Shown: positions 9,812-19,232 of the stretch, piece by piece | How positions within the stretch are numbered: position 1 is the stretch's first letter | How the letters are laid out: the number at the start of each line of letters is the position of its first letter | Source: a virus | Taxonomy: Duplodnaviria > Caudoviricetes | DNA: 27,445 nucleotides | IMG/VR virus record: IMGVR_UViG_3300011336_000415 | Location: 1-27,445 of that record | Strand: one strand, 5' to 3' | Position numbers and translations under genes: made by a program | Notes under the pieces: generated by a model | Databases searched by the model: none | What the model was told of the DNA's origin: nothing | Seen by the model: the letters and a program-made list of their open reading frames with translations, nothing else

Positions 9812-10357
9812 TTATGCGAACTTTAGTGTATAAGTAATGGCTAAAGTATCGTTATTGGTTAATGCTTTTGAACCAGTTAAAGCATGTGAGAGCATAGTAC
9901 CTGATGATGAAGCATTAAATACACCAATTTCTTCTACTGTCTTTGAACCTGTTGCTGTAAAAGTCTTTGATATTTGATAAGTATCATTTGTTACAGTTGT
10001 TGTAGTTCTTGATACTGAACCTGCTGCTCGAGATAGTCCTGTATCTGTAATTTCTGCTGTTAGAGTTGTATCAGTCGCCGCCACAGCTGTGTTTGATGTA
10101 CCTACAGCTACATAAGTGAAAGGTACTGCTGTTGCATCTCCTGCAAGTAGAGCCATTTGAGCTTTACCTGCGTTTGTAAATATGTTTTCTGCTACAGATA
10201 CCTCTTTAAGAGTGGCATTTTTTCCTAAAAATTCTATTGCCTTATTAGCATCAAAATAATTTAATACTTTGAACCATAGTCTATATTGCCACTTTTCCAT
10301 TCTTGAAAATATTTCTAGCCTATAAAATCCTTTTAATTGTTTTGTTGTTTCGTTCAT
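9812..10357 (-). CDS. Virion structural protein (tail/fibre-base type)
   Basis: NIFTNAGK...YVAVGT...DTTLTAEI...VEEIGVFNASSSGTML...DTLAITY is a common phage structural fold. Confidence 0.65.
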   Translation of the reverse strand: MNETTKQLKGFYRLEIFSRMEKWQYRLWFKVLNYFDANKAIEFLGKNATLKEVSVAENIFTNAGKAQMALLAGDATAVPFTYVAVGTSNTAVAATDTTLTAEITDTGLSRAAGSVSRTTTTVTNDTYQISKTFTATGSKTVEEIGVFNASSSGTMLSHALTGSKALTNNDTLAITYTLKFA

Positions 10358-10358
10358 T

Positions 10359-11093
10359 TTATTTATTATCTTGATAACTTGTTTCTAATTTACCCTTTAC
10401 ATCTTTTTCTCTACGAGCATAAAGAGCTGGGATAGTTACCTGTTCCCACTTCATTACTCTATCTGCAAAGGTCTTAGCATTTGACATAGTTCTCATACTT
10501 GCATATTTATCGCAAGCGTAATCAGAGATATATTCGTGATGAGTTGGAGAGAAACCAGCTTGTTTTGAAGTATCTCCATAGACATAGTAATTCATTGGTC
10601 TTTGATACTTAACTTTAATACCTCCTGTAACACTAAAATTAGGTGTAGGCAGTAGTATAAGTGAGTTAGCTGTACGATTAAATGATGTAGGTGTACCGCT
10701 TGTGCTAAATACCTGTGTCATTGATTGGTTATTCTGTGGATATTCTGTTTCATCTACCTCTTTAAGTGGTATCCATACACCATTAGATAGTTGTATTTCT
10801 ATTGAAAGTATCTGCAAGAAGTTAGCTGTAAAAGGATAATCTGCTTGCCCTGATGTTAAATTAGTCGTAGCAATAGAATAATCTGTATATGTTGAATCAT
10901 CTATCTGCCATTTGCCATCAATATTCATTACAATATTTGTATATGAATTAAGAGCTTCATTGAAAAGCCCTGTAAATGCTTGTAATCTGTCTGTATCTCC
11001 ACTTATTTGACCATATCCACCATCACCAAACAAATTAAATTCACATTTTTGTATAAGTCCTGTATTTGTAAGTGTATCGCTAAATTGTGTCAT
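10359..11093 (-). CDS. Head-tail adaptor (P22 gp4 / T7 gp11-like)
   Basis: NLTSGQADYPF...GTP...LILLPTP...KVKY...HHEYISDYA pattern; located after the capsid genes. Confidence 0.7.
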   Translation of the reverse strand: MTQFSDTLTNTGLIQKCEFNLFGDGGYGQISGDTDRLQAFTGLFNEALNSYTNIVMNIDGKWQIDDSTYTDYSIATTNLTSGQADYPFTANFLQILSIEIQLSNGVWIPLKEVDETEYPQNNQSMTQVFSTSGTPTSFNRTANSLILLPTPNFSVTGGIKVKYQRPMNYYVYGDTSKQAGFSPTHHEYISDYACDKYASMRTMSNAKTFADRVMKWEQVTIPALYARREKDVKGKLETSYQDNK

Positions 11094-11115
11094 ATTATTT
11101 TAATTAAGTTGCCTA

Positions 11116-11142
11116 TATGACCCACCATATAGATGAGCCATA
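11116..11142 (-). other. Intergenic RNA hairpin
   Basis: AUGGCUCAUC-UAUAU-GGUGGGUCAU. The G-U pairs work only on the minus (mRNA) strand. Confidence 0.5.
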
Positions 11143-11149
11143 AGGTAAT

Positions 11150-11410
11150 TTAACTTGCTGTTGTTACTGCTACCCATCCTCCTGTACCTGTTGAGTTTAT
11201 ATACATTCGTGTAGCTGTTGTTGAGCCATCTGAACGTAGATAAACAGAACCTTTAGGAGCTGTAAAAGTAGGAGCACCTGAACCAGCAGAGATTACAAAT
11301 CCTGATGAACCTAAACTTAGAAGTGAAGCACCTCCAGCAATAACATCTTGTTCTGTTGCTGAGCTTACTACACCTGGAAATTTTGGGTTTACGCCATTTG
11401 CTACTGCCAT
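11150..11410 (-). CDS. Small head fibre / decoration-type protein
   Basis: GSGAPTFTAPKGSVYLRSDG...MYIN...GW is a short fibre-like motif; lies downstream of the capsid gene. Confidence 0.6.
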   Translation of the reverse strand: MAVANGVNPKFPGVVSSATEQDVIAGGASLLSLGSSGFVISAGSGAPTFTAPKGSVYLRSDGSTTATRMYINSTGTGGWVAVTTAS

Positions 11411-11415
11411 AATAG

Positions 11416-11574
11416 TTATTTGTTAGCTTTTAATTTAGCTTCTAGTTCCGCTTTCTTCTGTTCGTACTTCTTAGGATTAGTAGTTTTATATACCTCTATA
11501 AGTCGTGCAAGTTGAGAATCAAGTTTTACTTCTGCTATTTCAACTTTATCTTCTGATATTATTTTTTTTGCCAT
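11416..11574 (-). CDS. Small hypothetical protein (52 aa)
   Basis: MAKKIISEDK...YKTTNPKKYEQKKAELEAKLKANK. Start moved to ATG 11574 because the upstream extension in the track is a structured RNA. Confidence 0.6.
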   Translation of the reverse strand: MAKKIISEDKVEIAEVKLDSQLARLIEVYKTTNPKKYEQKKAELEAKLKANK

Positions 11575-11583
11575 AATAGTTAT

Positions 11584-11662
11584 CCTTACGGGGGAAGTGC
11601 TAGGTAGAATTGGTGGGCGATTTCTCGCTTTGGCTACCCAGCACACCCCCAATAAGGGGGTT
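11584..11662 (-). ncRNA. Structured RNA element downstream of the major capsid gene
   Basis: A roughly 22-bp stem (CCUUAUUGGGGGUGUGCUGGGUAG / CUACCUAGCACUUCCCCCGUAAGG) encloses a GCGA-GAAA-UCGC tetraloop hairpin and an unpaired CCACCAAUU. Confidence 0.6.
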
Positions 11663-11666
11663 TAAT

Positions 11667-12521
11667 TTATGCTGTCAAAGTAACATCTACGATAAGGTCT
11701 GCAACTGGAGCCCAAAGTTTGAATCCTACATATCCGTAGAACACAACTTCTTTACCAGTCTTACCACTAACACCTTTCTCTTCCATCTGTACATTTCGTA
11801 GAGATGCATACATAGCCTGCTTCTTAACTCCGAATACTCGGTGGTTTGCGTTTGTAACTGTCTTTGTTCCGATAGTAGCATCTGCGAATGTACCAGTTCG
11901 TACAACATAGATGTCAATACCAGCCTGACTTGATACAAGACCATTCTTCATTGCAAGGTCTGAATATGAGAATCCAGAAGCCATCTGTGAACCTAGAACT
12001 CCAGGGACATCAGTGTTTTCAATTATAAGGAATAGACCCTTATATACTTCTGCATAACCCATAACCTTTGATGCAAGGTTTGAAAGGATTGTATTTGTGT
12101 TTGTAGTGTTAAAACCTCCTGATGGTGTTGAGTACGCACCTGTCGCATCTTCACATAGGTTATTTACTACAAAGTAGTCAATCTTCTCTTTGATTCCATA
12201 AGTAGCTGTATCAACAACAGAGTTGAATAGGTCTACTCGTGCAAATCGTGACTCGTAATCTTTGATATGTCCTGCCCACTTAACTTCATTATCTACTGTG
12301 AGAGTATCATCAGTAGTTGTTATATCACTTACATCGTAAGTACCCGTAAGACCAGTAATTGCGACAGTGAAGTTAGTAATGTAAGGATTTTCAATAGTAA
12401 GTGCATTACCATTGTCTACTTCACAAACATCTTCCGCTACAAGTGCCTTTCGGAGCTGTGCGTTAAGTCGTGTTGAAAAGTATTTCTTTCTATAAGTATA
12501 AGTACTTAATGTATTAGCCAT
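11667..12521 (-). CDS. Major capsid protein (HK97 fold, P22-coat-like)
   Basis: 284 aa, follows the scaffold gene. DDTLTVDNE E-loop region and C-terminal GKEVVFYGYVGFKLW. Confidence 0.8.
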   Translation of the reverse strand: MANTLSTYTYRKKYFSTRLNAQLRKALVAEDVCEVDNGNALTIENPYITNFTVAITGLTGTYDVSDITTTDDTLTVDNEVKWAGHIKDYESRFARVDLFNSVVDTATYGIKEKIDYFVVNNLCEDATGAYSTPSGGFNTTNTNTILSNLASKVMGYAEVYKGLFLIIENTDVPGVLGSQMASGFSYSDLAMKNGLVSSQAGIDIYVVRTGTFADATIGTKTVTNANHRVFGVKKQAMYASLRNVQMEEKGVSGKTGKEVVFYGYVGFKLWAPVADLIVDVTLTA

Positions 12522-12556
12522 TTTTAGGATTAAATAAAATTTTAATCCACCAATTC

Positions 12557-13117
12557 TTATCTTTTAGCCAGTTGAGCTTGAATTAGTCTCTCTAGGTCTG
12601 CATCAGTTTCAGGCATAATACCCTTACTTGCTCGCTCTACTAAGATTTCATCAGATACTCTTGAAGAGCCACGTCGAGTTGAAGCTACGTTAGTAGCGTT
12701 AGCTGTTAGTCGTTCTTCTTTTTTCTCTTGTAGAATAGCTTGAACTGATTTTGATTTTAGAGCTTCTGCTACTGTTACACCCTTTAGTTTTGCCATTTCG
12801 ACAACCTGTGGAATGTCATCAGTATCAATATCGGCTTTCATAATCGCAATAGTGTCTATTGTACTTAGATTATCAAGCTTAGTTTCCGTCTTCTTTTCAG
12901 AAGTGATACCAAGTTTCTTTTCTGTCTGTTCTAGCTGTCTTTTAAGACGAGAACGCTTTTGTTCAAGAGTTTCAGTCGGTCTTTCAACTGGCTTATCCTC
13001 CTGTGTTTCTTCTTCCTCAACCTTATCTTCTGCTAGTTCATCTAGTTCTACCTCTATCTCTTCATTGTTTTCTTCTGTGCCAATGATAACCTCCTCTTCG
13101 TTATTTTCATTTTCCAT
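12557..13117 (-). CDS. Capsid scaffolding protein
   Basis: Highly acidic N-terminus and coiled coil; immediately upstream of the capsid gene. Confidence 0.7.
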   Translation of the reverse strand: MENENNEEEVIIGTEENNEEIEVELDELAEDKVEEEETQEDKPVERPTETLEQKRSRLKRQLEQTEKKLGITSEKKTETKLDNLSTIDTIAIMKADIDTDDIPQVVEMAKLKGVTVAEALKSKSVQAILQEKKEERLTANATNVASTRRGSSRVSDEILVERASKGIMPETDADLERLIQAQLAKR

Positions 13118-13171
13118 AAATGATAAGTTTTTTGTTAGTCACTTTTAAGGTGTGATAACCATATGTTTATA

Positions 13172-13200
13172 ATTATACTACTGTTTTAAAAATCAAGCAA
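13172..13200 (-). promoter_or_regulatory. Sigma70-type promoter for scaffold/capsid
   Basis: TTGCTT, 17 nt, TATAAT. Confidence 0.6.
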
Positions 13201-13207
13201 ATATTTT

Positions 13208-13759
13208 TTACTTTGCTGAATTTTTCTTATCCAATTCTTTCAAAGTAGTTTCTACATCTTCATCTTTCTTACCAGCCAAAACAAATATCTGGTTAATTTG
13301 CATTTCTATATGCCCGATAATTGTATTTCTTGTAAGTAAGTCTATGAAGTTTTGCTCTACACCCTTTTCTTTAGAGAATAGGAGAGAATCTATTTTAATA
13401 GTTTCTACTTTTTCATCTCTAAGCTCTTTTAGCATTGCATCAAGGTATTTTATTAGAATATCTCTTGACTCAATATGATAAATAGCTGTTTCAGGTGTCA
13501 TACCATCAAGTTTAATAGTCATCCATAAGTCTATTACTTGGTGGAAAGGAGCATCACCATCAATATTTGGAAGTACACACTTCTCTAATACCTGTATTGT
13601 TTCTCTTGTTTTAACCTGTGATAGTAAAGTTTTCTCTGTATCTGACATAGGTAACTGCAAAAAGAACTTACGCAATATTTTTAGTAGTGCCTTATTCTCT
13701 GCAAATACAGATTTCATTATACCAATCTCTGCATCTGTAAATCGTCTTTCTTTATCCAT
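13208..13759 (-). CDS. Hypothetical protein in the head module
   Basis: 183-aa helical ORF between portal and scaffold. Confidence 0.65.
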   Translation of the reverse strand: MDKERRFTDAEIGIMKSVFAENKALLKILRKFFLQLPMSDTEKTLLSQVKTRETIQVLEKCVLPNIDGDAPFHQVIDLWMTIKLDGMTPETAIYHIESRDILIKYLDAMLKELRDEKVETIKIDSLLFSKEKGVEQNFIDLLTRNTIIGHIEMQINQIFVLAGKKDEDVETTLKELDKKNSAK

Positions 13760-13760
13760 A

Positions 13761-13928
13761 TTATTTTTTAGCCTTACCTGCTTTTGATAATGAGATAGCT
13801 ATAATCTGCTTCATTGGTCTTTTCTTACCATTAGCACCCATAGCTTTCCCTTTCTTTTTGTTATCTTTTATCAGTTCACGAATGTTAGCTGAGATAACTT
13901 TCTTACTCGTACCTTTTTTAAGTGGCAT
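13761..13928 (-). CDS. Small basic protein (55 aa) of the MPLKKG...NIRE...KQ..AI family
   Basis: Not in the track: [55 protein letters not shown]. Resembles small basic proteins often found next to phage portals. Confidence 0.75.
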   Translation of the reverse strand: MPLKKGTSKKVISANIRELIKDNKKKGKAMGANGKKRPMKQIIAISLSKAGKAKK

Positions 13929-13960
13929 TAGTTTATAGTTAATTGATAATCCCCACCAAT

Positions 13961-15760
13961 TTATGTTGTCATCTGTGGGATTTGTTGAGAAGATTTCATA
14001 GATTGATTAGATTGAGTTTCGTTAGATAATTCTACTTCTGATACCACACCTGTATTGGCGATAATTTTGTTAAACAACATCTTCATATTAGGGTCTTGTA
14101 GTACTGACGGATTGATTGCTAGTGTTTGTAGTACTGTTGTAAGTGTAGTTAATATAGCTTCCTTATCTCTTTGTTCATTAGTTGTTTCAACTTCTACTTC
14201 CCATTCAAAATCCTTAAACAAGTCACGCCAAGTCTGTGTAGACACATCACTAGGAGAAATAAATCGTTGCTTACCAAATTGAGCTAGTTGTTTCTGTAAA
14301 TCCTGTGTTTCTGACTGTATCATTAAATCCTGCTGATATGGGGATACGATTGAGCCTGCGAGTACCTGCTCTTTAATCTTCTTATTAGTTCGTCTAATAG
14401 CTTCATTAGGGATGTACATTGAATCAATCTTCTTAATGTAGTGGTCATCAAGAGTTGCTGATATTTCGTCTGTTGTATTTAACGATTTCTTAACAAAAGG
14501 TAATACAAACTCTCGCATCATAAGTTCAATATAAAACCCTTTATTTTCTGTCATCAACTCAAACAATGAGTGAGCTTCTTGATTAAGTACAGCTACCTGT
14601 CTATAAGCTGTTCCTGACGGCATTGTGTTTCCTGATATAGCATCTGGTGTTGAAGTAATACTATTAGCATTATTTATCCACATTGTAGAGAAATTCTGTA
14701 GTGAAGTTATATCGTGAGAACCATTGTTTATCTGTGTAAGAGGTGCGTTAGGTGCGTGAGTTAGAATATCTCCGTTCTCAATAGATTTTAATACATTTCT
14801 ACCAACAAAATTAACATCTGCTGTCTGGAAGATTAGCTTTGAAGCCAAATCCAACTGGTCTTTCATAGCCTTAGCCGAATGATTAACCATCCACTGTGAG
14901 TCAAATAGATATTCAACAGCACCTATACCTTGTATTCTACCCTCTTCTTTTAGTAGATGAGTAATTAGATAAGGACTTCGTTTTTCTCTACCTTTCACAA
15001 GGGTAAATGGAATATCTTTACCATCTGTTCCTTTTTGAATAGATACAACGTGCATCTGTTGAACGTAAGTATCTTCATCCGCTGGGTTTTCTGTAATGTA
15101 TGATAAAGGTAATACTCCGTGTACTTCATACAACTCAATATACTCTGCAATATTATCTACCTGTGAGCCGTCTAATAGTTTTCTTGACTGTATCAAATCG
15201 CAAATCTCTTCTACCTTTACTTGGTCATAAGCTGGATTATTCTTTAGCTGTGCTTCTGTAAAATATAATCTTTCAATAACAGGGTTGTTATCAAAGTCTA
15301 TCTGGTCGCAAATAATTCTATTCCAAGGCACTACTTCTCTATGAAGTTCTCCGCCTTTCTCTACAAATTTAGTTACTGCCGAGCCATATCCTGCAAGTAC
15401 CATACCCCAGTCATTTAAAAATTGTCCGAAATTACTTTTTCGCATCCACTCTTGAACTTTAATATTAGCTAGAAAGGCTATTATTACCTCTGATTTCTTT
15501 GTAGACTTTATAGTAATATTCTTTCGGTCAATATCAGTAGCTCTCATCCAAATATTACGAGCGGAAGTGACTATATTGAAAAAAGGCTTATCTCTTCCAA
15601 AGGCATCTTTATCACCTGAAATATGCTTAGAATATAAATAAGCCGTTATCTTTTCTGTATTCTCATATTGATTAAATTCTACATACTTACCGAGCTTTGT
15701 AGAGCCGATAGTATAATCCTGCTCCATCTGTGTAATTAACTTATAAAGATTATCTTGCAT
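13961..15760 (-). CDS. Portal protein (P22-like)
   Basis: 599 aa directly after the large terminase; [12 protein letters not shown]...[11 protein letters not shown]...TAY motifs. Confidence 0.8.
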   Translation of the reverse strand: MQDNLYKLITQMEQDYTIGSTKLGKYVEFNQYENTEKITAYLYSKHISGDKDAFGRDKPFFNIVTSARNIWMRATDIDRKNITIKSTKKSEVIIAFLANIKVQEWMRKSNFGQFLNDWGMVLAGYGSAVTKFVEKGGELHREVVPWNRIICDQIDFDNNPVIERLYFTEAQLKNNPAYDQVKVEEICDLIQSRKLLDGSQVDNIAEYIELYEVHGVLPLSYITENPADEDTYVQQMHVVSIQKGTDGKDIPFTLVKGREKRSPYLITHLLKEEGRIQGIGAVEYLFDSQWMVNHSAKAMKDQLDLASKLIFQTADVNFVGRNVLKSIENGDILTHAPNAPLTQINNGSHDITSLQNFSTMWINNANSITSTPDAISGNTMPSGTAYRQVAVLNQEAHSLFELMTENKGFYIELMMREFVLPFVKKSLNTTDEISATLDDHYIKKIDSMYIPNEAIRRTNKKIKEQVLAGSIVSPYQQDLMIQSETQDLQKQLAQFGKQRFISPSDVSTQTWRDLFKDFEWEVEVETTNEQRDKEAILTTLTTVLQTLAINPSVLQDPNMKMLFNKIIANTGVVSEVELSNETQSNQSMKSSQQIPQMTT

Positions 15761-15801
15761 TAAATGAATATTCCACCAATTTTTATGGATAATTTAATAT
15801 A

Positions 15802-15830
15802 ATTATATCAGTGATTAAACAAATCAACAA
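15802..15830 (-). promoter_or_regulatory. Sigma70-type promoter for the portal
   Basis: TTGTTG, 17 nt, TATAAT with a TGn extension. Shares TTGATTT...TATAATTATA with the scaffold promoter. Confidence 0.6.
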
Positions 15831-15851
15831 GTCAATACCTTTATTCACAGA

Positions 15852-17138
15852 TTAACGATTGCTAAAATCTTCAAAGTTTTCTTCATTTCTCTCAAATTGT
15901 CTTTTAATTTTAGATGTTGCATCAGTGTCTACATTTATAAATGAGGATAAACCATATCTTATTGCATCCATAGCGTGATTATAAATGTCTTTTGGTATAT
16001 TCATAGACTTGCCGTCCTTATCTTCTAACCAAGAATAATTGTTATATTCTTTTTTGATGTTAGTAGAACGGCTTGTATATGAAATCTTTTGAGCTTGTAT
16101 ATACTGAATACCTTGATTGACTGAGCCTTGACCTTTTGTAGCTGGTTGTACACTCAATCCATATCCATTTATCTCATCTATAGACTTTGGCTCTGAACTA
16201 TCTGCTACGATTAAACTAGATTCCTGCATTTTCAAAATGTTTGCAATATTTGGATTAAGTAATCCTGTTTGATAGGCAACTTCATCAAATATATATCCCC
16301 CATTGTATTTATATATAGCTACAATAGCCGTAGGGTCATTTGAATATCCAAAGTCTAAGCCGTGGCTTATAAGCCTTGCTTCGTGAGGAATAGAGTTTAT
16401 TTCCTGCCAGTTCTTATAAATCTTCCCTCTTACGGTTTCAGGTACATAACCCTTAATCATATTGTAATAGTGATTAGGTTTTGTATCTTTATAGTTTCTA
16501 TATTTATAAACTGTCGCTGTATCAATGTTTTTTATATTACTTTCAAAATCTGAAAATATATATTCAACATCTTTTGCTGTTTCTTTTAATTCTGGTATGT
16601 AAAAACCTTTCTGCCCACTATCTTTTAAATCAAACCATTTCTGAATAATCCAGTGGTCTTTAGATGGTGGGTTAAGTAGTAATATAATCTTAATATCTCC
16701 CTTAACTGTTCTTAAAGAGTCATCTAACTGCATAAAATCTTCTTCATTTATTTCGTCTGCTTCTTCTATGATTACACAGTTATAATTTGCAAGTGATTTT
16801 AATTTAGCTTTCTGGTCGCCACTAGACTTCTTAAAACCTACCGCATTGATAGTATTCTGTCCGTATTCAATTACCATACCACTATCATTTACGCTTAATG
16901 CTTCAATTATTCCATTTTCCTCTGCTCGGTCTTTAATTTCGCGGTATATAGAGTTACGAATGTCACCAAGTATATATCTCATAATTGCACATCTAAAATA
17001 CTCTGGTGCTGTTAGCTTTGCGTTCGCATATTGTGAAGCAACTGTTGAACGCCCAGCTCCACGACCTCCCATCAAGATAATGTATCGCTTATCTGTTGTA
17101 AAAAGACTTTTATATTTTGTATTAACTATTTGTTTCAT
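15852..17138 (-). CDS. terL: Terminase large subunit, PBSX/SPP1-like family
   Basis: Walker A-like GGRGAGRS, Walker B VIIEEADE, LLNP motif, nuclease motifs GLDFGYSNDP, ADSSEPKSI and NHAMDAIRY. Start taken as ATG 17138. Confidence 0.95.
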   Translation of the reverse strand: MKQIVNTKYKSLFTTDKRYIILMGGRGAGRSTVASQYANAKLTAPEYFRCAIMRYILGDIRNSIYREIKDRAEENGIIEALSVNDSGMVIEYGQNTINAVGFKKSSGDQKAKLKSLANYNCVIIEEADEINEEDFMQLDDSLRTVKGDIKIILLLNPPSKDHWIIQKWFDLKDSGQKGFYIPELKETAKDVEYIFSDFESNIKNIDTATVYKYRNYKDTKPNHYYNMIKGYVPETVRGKIYKNWQEINSIPHEARLISHGLDFGYSNDPTAIVAIYKYNGGYIFDEVAYQTGLLNPNIANILKMQESSLIVADSSEPKSIDEINGYGLSVQPATKGQGSVNQGIQYIQAQKISYTSRSTNIKKEYNNYSWLEDKDGKSMNIPKDIYNHAMDAIRYGLSSFINVDTDATSKIKRQFERNEENFEDFSNR

Positions 17139-17583
17139 CAAAATCTGCAAATACTACAGTGTTACCTTTAATAGTTTTATCGTTTGATGTTATATCTTGA
17201 CCCTCTCTATATCCGTGCTTAGTTAATAGGACTTTTGTTATTGTAGAATTATAACCTCCTGATAACCCATTATTTATCAACATTTCCTCTTGAATACTAC
17301 CGAGTTCTTCCATAACGTCGGAAAAATCTTTATATTTACTTGCCCAATCATATAAGGTATCTCTCGCTACACCTAAATATCTAGCCATTCCTCCCTTACT
17401 AGGCAATCTCACACTAACATTTGGTTTATAAAATCTTTTCAATGAGCCCCCGTGACCTTGTGGTTCTTGATAGTCATTCTCCGCATCATCTCCCTTCATC
17501 AATTCATAACATGACGCTAAGTATTCCTTGGCTTTCGTTACATATGTTTGATTGTATTCTATTGGTCTTCCTTGTTTAGCCAT
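17122..17583 (-). CDS. terS: Terminase small subunit (P22 gp3-like DNA packaging protein)
   Basis: GRP.EY N-terminus, HTH (GMARYLGVARDTLYDWA), GLSGGYNSTITKVLL; overlaps terL. Confidence 0.85.
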   Translation of the reverse strand: MAKQGRPIEYNQTYVTKAKEYLASCYELMKGDDAENDYQEPQGHGGSLKRFYKPNVSVRLPSKGGMARYLGVARDTLYDWASKYKDFSDVMEELGSIQEEMLINNGLSGGYNSTITKVLLTKHGYREGQDITSNDKTIKGNTVVFADFDETNS

Positions 17584-17611
17584 TGTTATATCTTTTTACC
17601 TTTAGGTATTC

Positions 17612-17719
17612 TTAATGTTTTTCCAATAAGATAGTTTTAACTTTTTTACCGCTCTCAAATACTTCTGCTTTCCAAGATTTTCCTTTTGCTGTTCCTTTAG
17701 ATATTTTTGCAGTTGCCAT
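17612..17719 (-). CDS. Small basic protein (35 aa), possibly truncated
   Basis: MATAKISKGTAKGKSWKAEVFESGKKVKTILLEKH*; TAATG coupling to the upstream ORF. Confidence 0.45.
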   Translation of the reverse strand: MATAKISKGTAKGKSWKAEVFESGKKVKTILLEKH

Positions 17720-17826
17720 TATAGTTTATATGCAATTATTGCTAAAGCTATCAATCCTAGAACTATCTTTATATATTGGATTATTTTTTCTTCCTTAGAC
17801 ATTATCATTATTTGTTTCTTTTTCAT
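17719..17826 (-). CDS. Small membrane protein (35 aa)
   Basis: MKKKQIMIMSKEEKIIQYIKIVLGLIALAIIAYKL*; coupled to both neighbours. Confidence 0.5.
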   Translation of the reverse strand: MKKKQIMIMSKEEKIIQYIKIVLGLIALAIIAYKL

Positions 17827-17966
17827 TTTAGGTCGTGTAGGTTTCTTAATATATCGTTTACTTCTTCCTCTGAATAGTTATTACACAAGTATTTAGCTAC
17901 TGCATAAGATACTCCGCAAAGTATCATTCCAAACAATAAAATTAGTAAAATTGCTTGTAATATCAC
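17823..17966 (-). CDS. Small membrane protein (47 aa)
   Basis: GTG start, (M)ILQAILLILLFGMILCGVSYAVAKY...LHDLK*; ATGA overlap with the next ORF. Confidence 0.5.
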   Translation of the reverse strand: MILQAILLILLFGMILCGVSYAVAKYLCNNYSEEEVNDILRNLHDLK

Positions 17967-17973
17967 AATTAAA

Positions 17974-18819
17974 TTATACTACTTTATCAGGAAATTGCCA
18001 ACTTTTTAATTCTGCATATTTCTTTCTGTCTTCCCAAGTCATACCCATAAAGTTATAGTCTGACTTATAAGTACACCAATAAATATCTTCTTCTTGTAAT
18101 TTTAGTTTGTCTAAATCAATAGAAATTACTGCTGATATATATGCTTTTTTATAGAAAATTACGGCTAATTTTATCAACTTCACTACCTTAAACACCTTGT
18201 CAGTCCAGTTCATATATAGATTTCTCTCGTAAAACAAATTCATAAGTCTATCTATTTCTTTTGGGTCTTTTAACTTTTTGTTTGTAGTTTCACTGAATAT
18301 ATCCATCAGTCTGTACCTGTAAGCATCATCATTTTCTATGATTGTAGATACTATTTCGGCAAATCTATCTGCTGATTCTTCTGATACTAAATGTCTTGTA
18401 AACTCAAATATTGCAAACTGTAATTCTGTGCCAAAAGTAGTCCTGTGAATGTCTTTGTATATTTCTGGGCTTAGTATTCTGAATGATATGCGATTAAACC
18501 TATCTATAAGTCTTTGTCTAGGTTTCTTAAATGCTAAAGCGTATAAAGTTCCTAAGATATATTGAGGCTCTAATAAGGTCTTAATCGATTCTATAAACAC
18601 AGATTTTACCTGATTGGTATCAAATAGCGTTTTGGCAGTTATATATGTTCTACGGGCAAACTGTGCCTTTTTAGCCACTATTTTAAGCTCTTGGTCTTCT
18701 TCTATACCCTCTATCTTAAAAGCATCTCCGCCTTCTTCTCTAATTTGCTTTTCTCCTTTAGGGTATTTATGATAAAAACCAGAATTATATTTTTTTATAA
18801 ATTCCTCGTAAGAAATCAT
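17974..18819 (-). CDS. Hypothetical phage protein upstream of the terminase
   Basis: 281-aa ORF containing ENDDAYRYRL; function not recognised. Confidence 0.7.
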   Translation of the reverse strand: MISYEEFIKKYNSGFYHKYPKGEKQIREEGGDAFKIEGIEEDQELKIVAKKAQFARRTYITAKTLFDTNQVKSVFIESIKTLLEPQYILGTLYALAFKKPRQRLIDRFNRISFRILSPEIYKDIHRTTFGTELQFAIFEFTRHLVSEESADRFAEIVSTIIENDDAYRYRLMDIFSETTNKKLKDPKEIDRLMNLFYERNLYMNWTDKVFKVVKLIKLAVIFYKKAYISAVISIDLDKLKLQEEDIYWCTYKSDYNFMGMTWEDRKKYAELKSWQFPDKVV

Positions 18820-19082
18820 TATTTAATACAACTTATACCTATACTATCAACTATATCTCCTATACTTGTTGTTCTCTTTGAGTATGAGCCGTAGCAAGTT
18901 ACTTTAGTATCTTTATCTGTGAACTTATAATTAGTTACCCTGTCGCCGTCTATCAGTAAGTTATTGATACGAACGAATGTATCATTATCCTGTGACTTAT
19001 ACATAGCTAAAGCACCTACTGAAGTAGCTACAAATCCCAATGTTAATATCGCAGTTATTACTATTGTTGTTATTGTTTTCAT
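18819..19082 (-). CDS. Secreted or membrane-anchored small protein
   Basis: Hydrophobic N-terminal signal; beta-rich C-domain with two Cys (VTCY...ISCIK). Confidence 0.7.
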   Translation of the reverse strand: MKTITTIVITAILTLGFVATSVGALAMYKSQDNDTFVRINNLLIDGDRVTNYKFTDKDTKVTCYGSYSKRTTSIGDIVDSIGISCIK

Positions 19083-19088
19083 TATTTT

Positions 19089-19117
19089 ATATTACTATTA
19101 TTTTTTAATCTTGTCAA
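19089..19117 (-). promoter_or_regulatory. Sigma70 promoter, leaderless transcript
   Basis: TTGACA, 17 nt, TAATAT, 6 nt, ATG 19082. Confidence 0.55.
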
Positions 19118-19232
19118 CTTTGGGCGTAAAATTATACCTCACCACCACCTTATACTTCTTCTCCATTACCTCCACTAACTTTGCTACCTTATCTTCTAAC
19201 TCCCTTACTATCTCTATTGGTTTAGATTTCAT
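19098..19232 (-). CDS. Hypothetical protein (44 aa)
   Basis: MKSKPIEIVRELEDKVAKLVEVMEKKYKVVVRYNFTPKVDKIKK*, translated by hand. Confidence 0.5.
   Translation of the reverse strand: MKSKPIEIVRELEDKVAKLVEVMEKKYKVVVRYNFTPKVDKIKK

Noticed and set aside
11575-11652. N-terminal extensions in the ORF track for 11416..11652 (and likewise 22493-22531)
   Set aside because: They run through structured RNA elements from non-ATG starts, while the downstream ATGs have the typical AT-rich context.
17587-17719. Programmed frameshift extending the 35-aa ORF into LIGKTLRIPKGKKI*
   Set aside because: The only A-run leads to an immediate stop after a -1 shift. An internal deletion or chance is equally plausible and cannot be resolved here.
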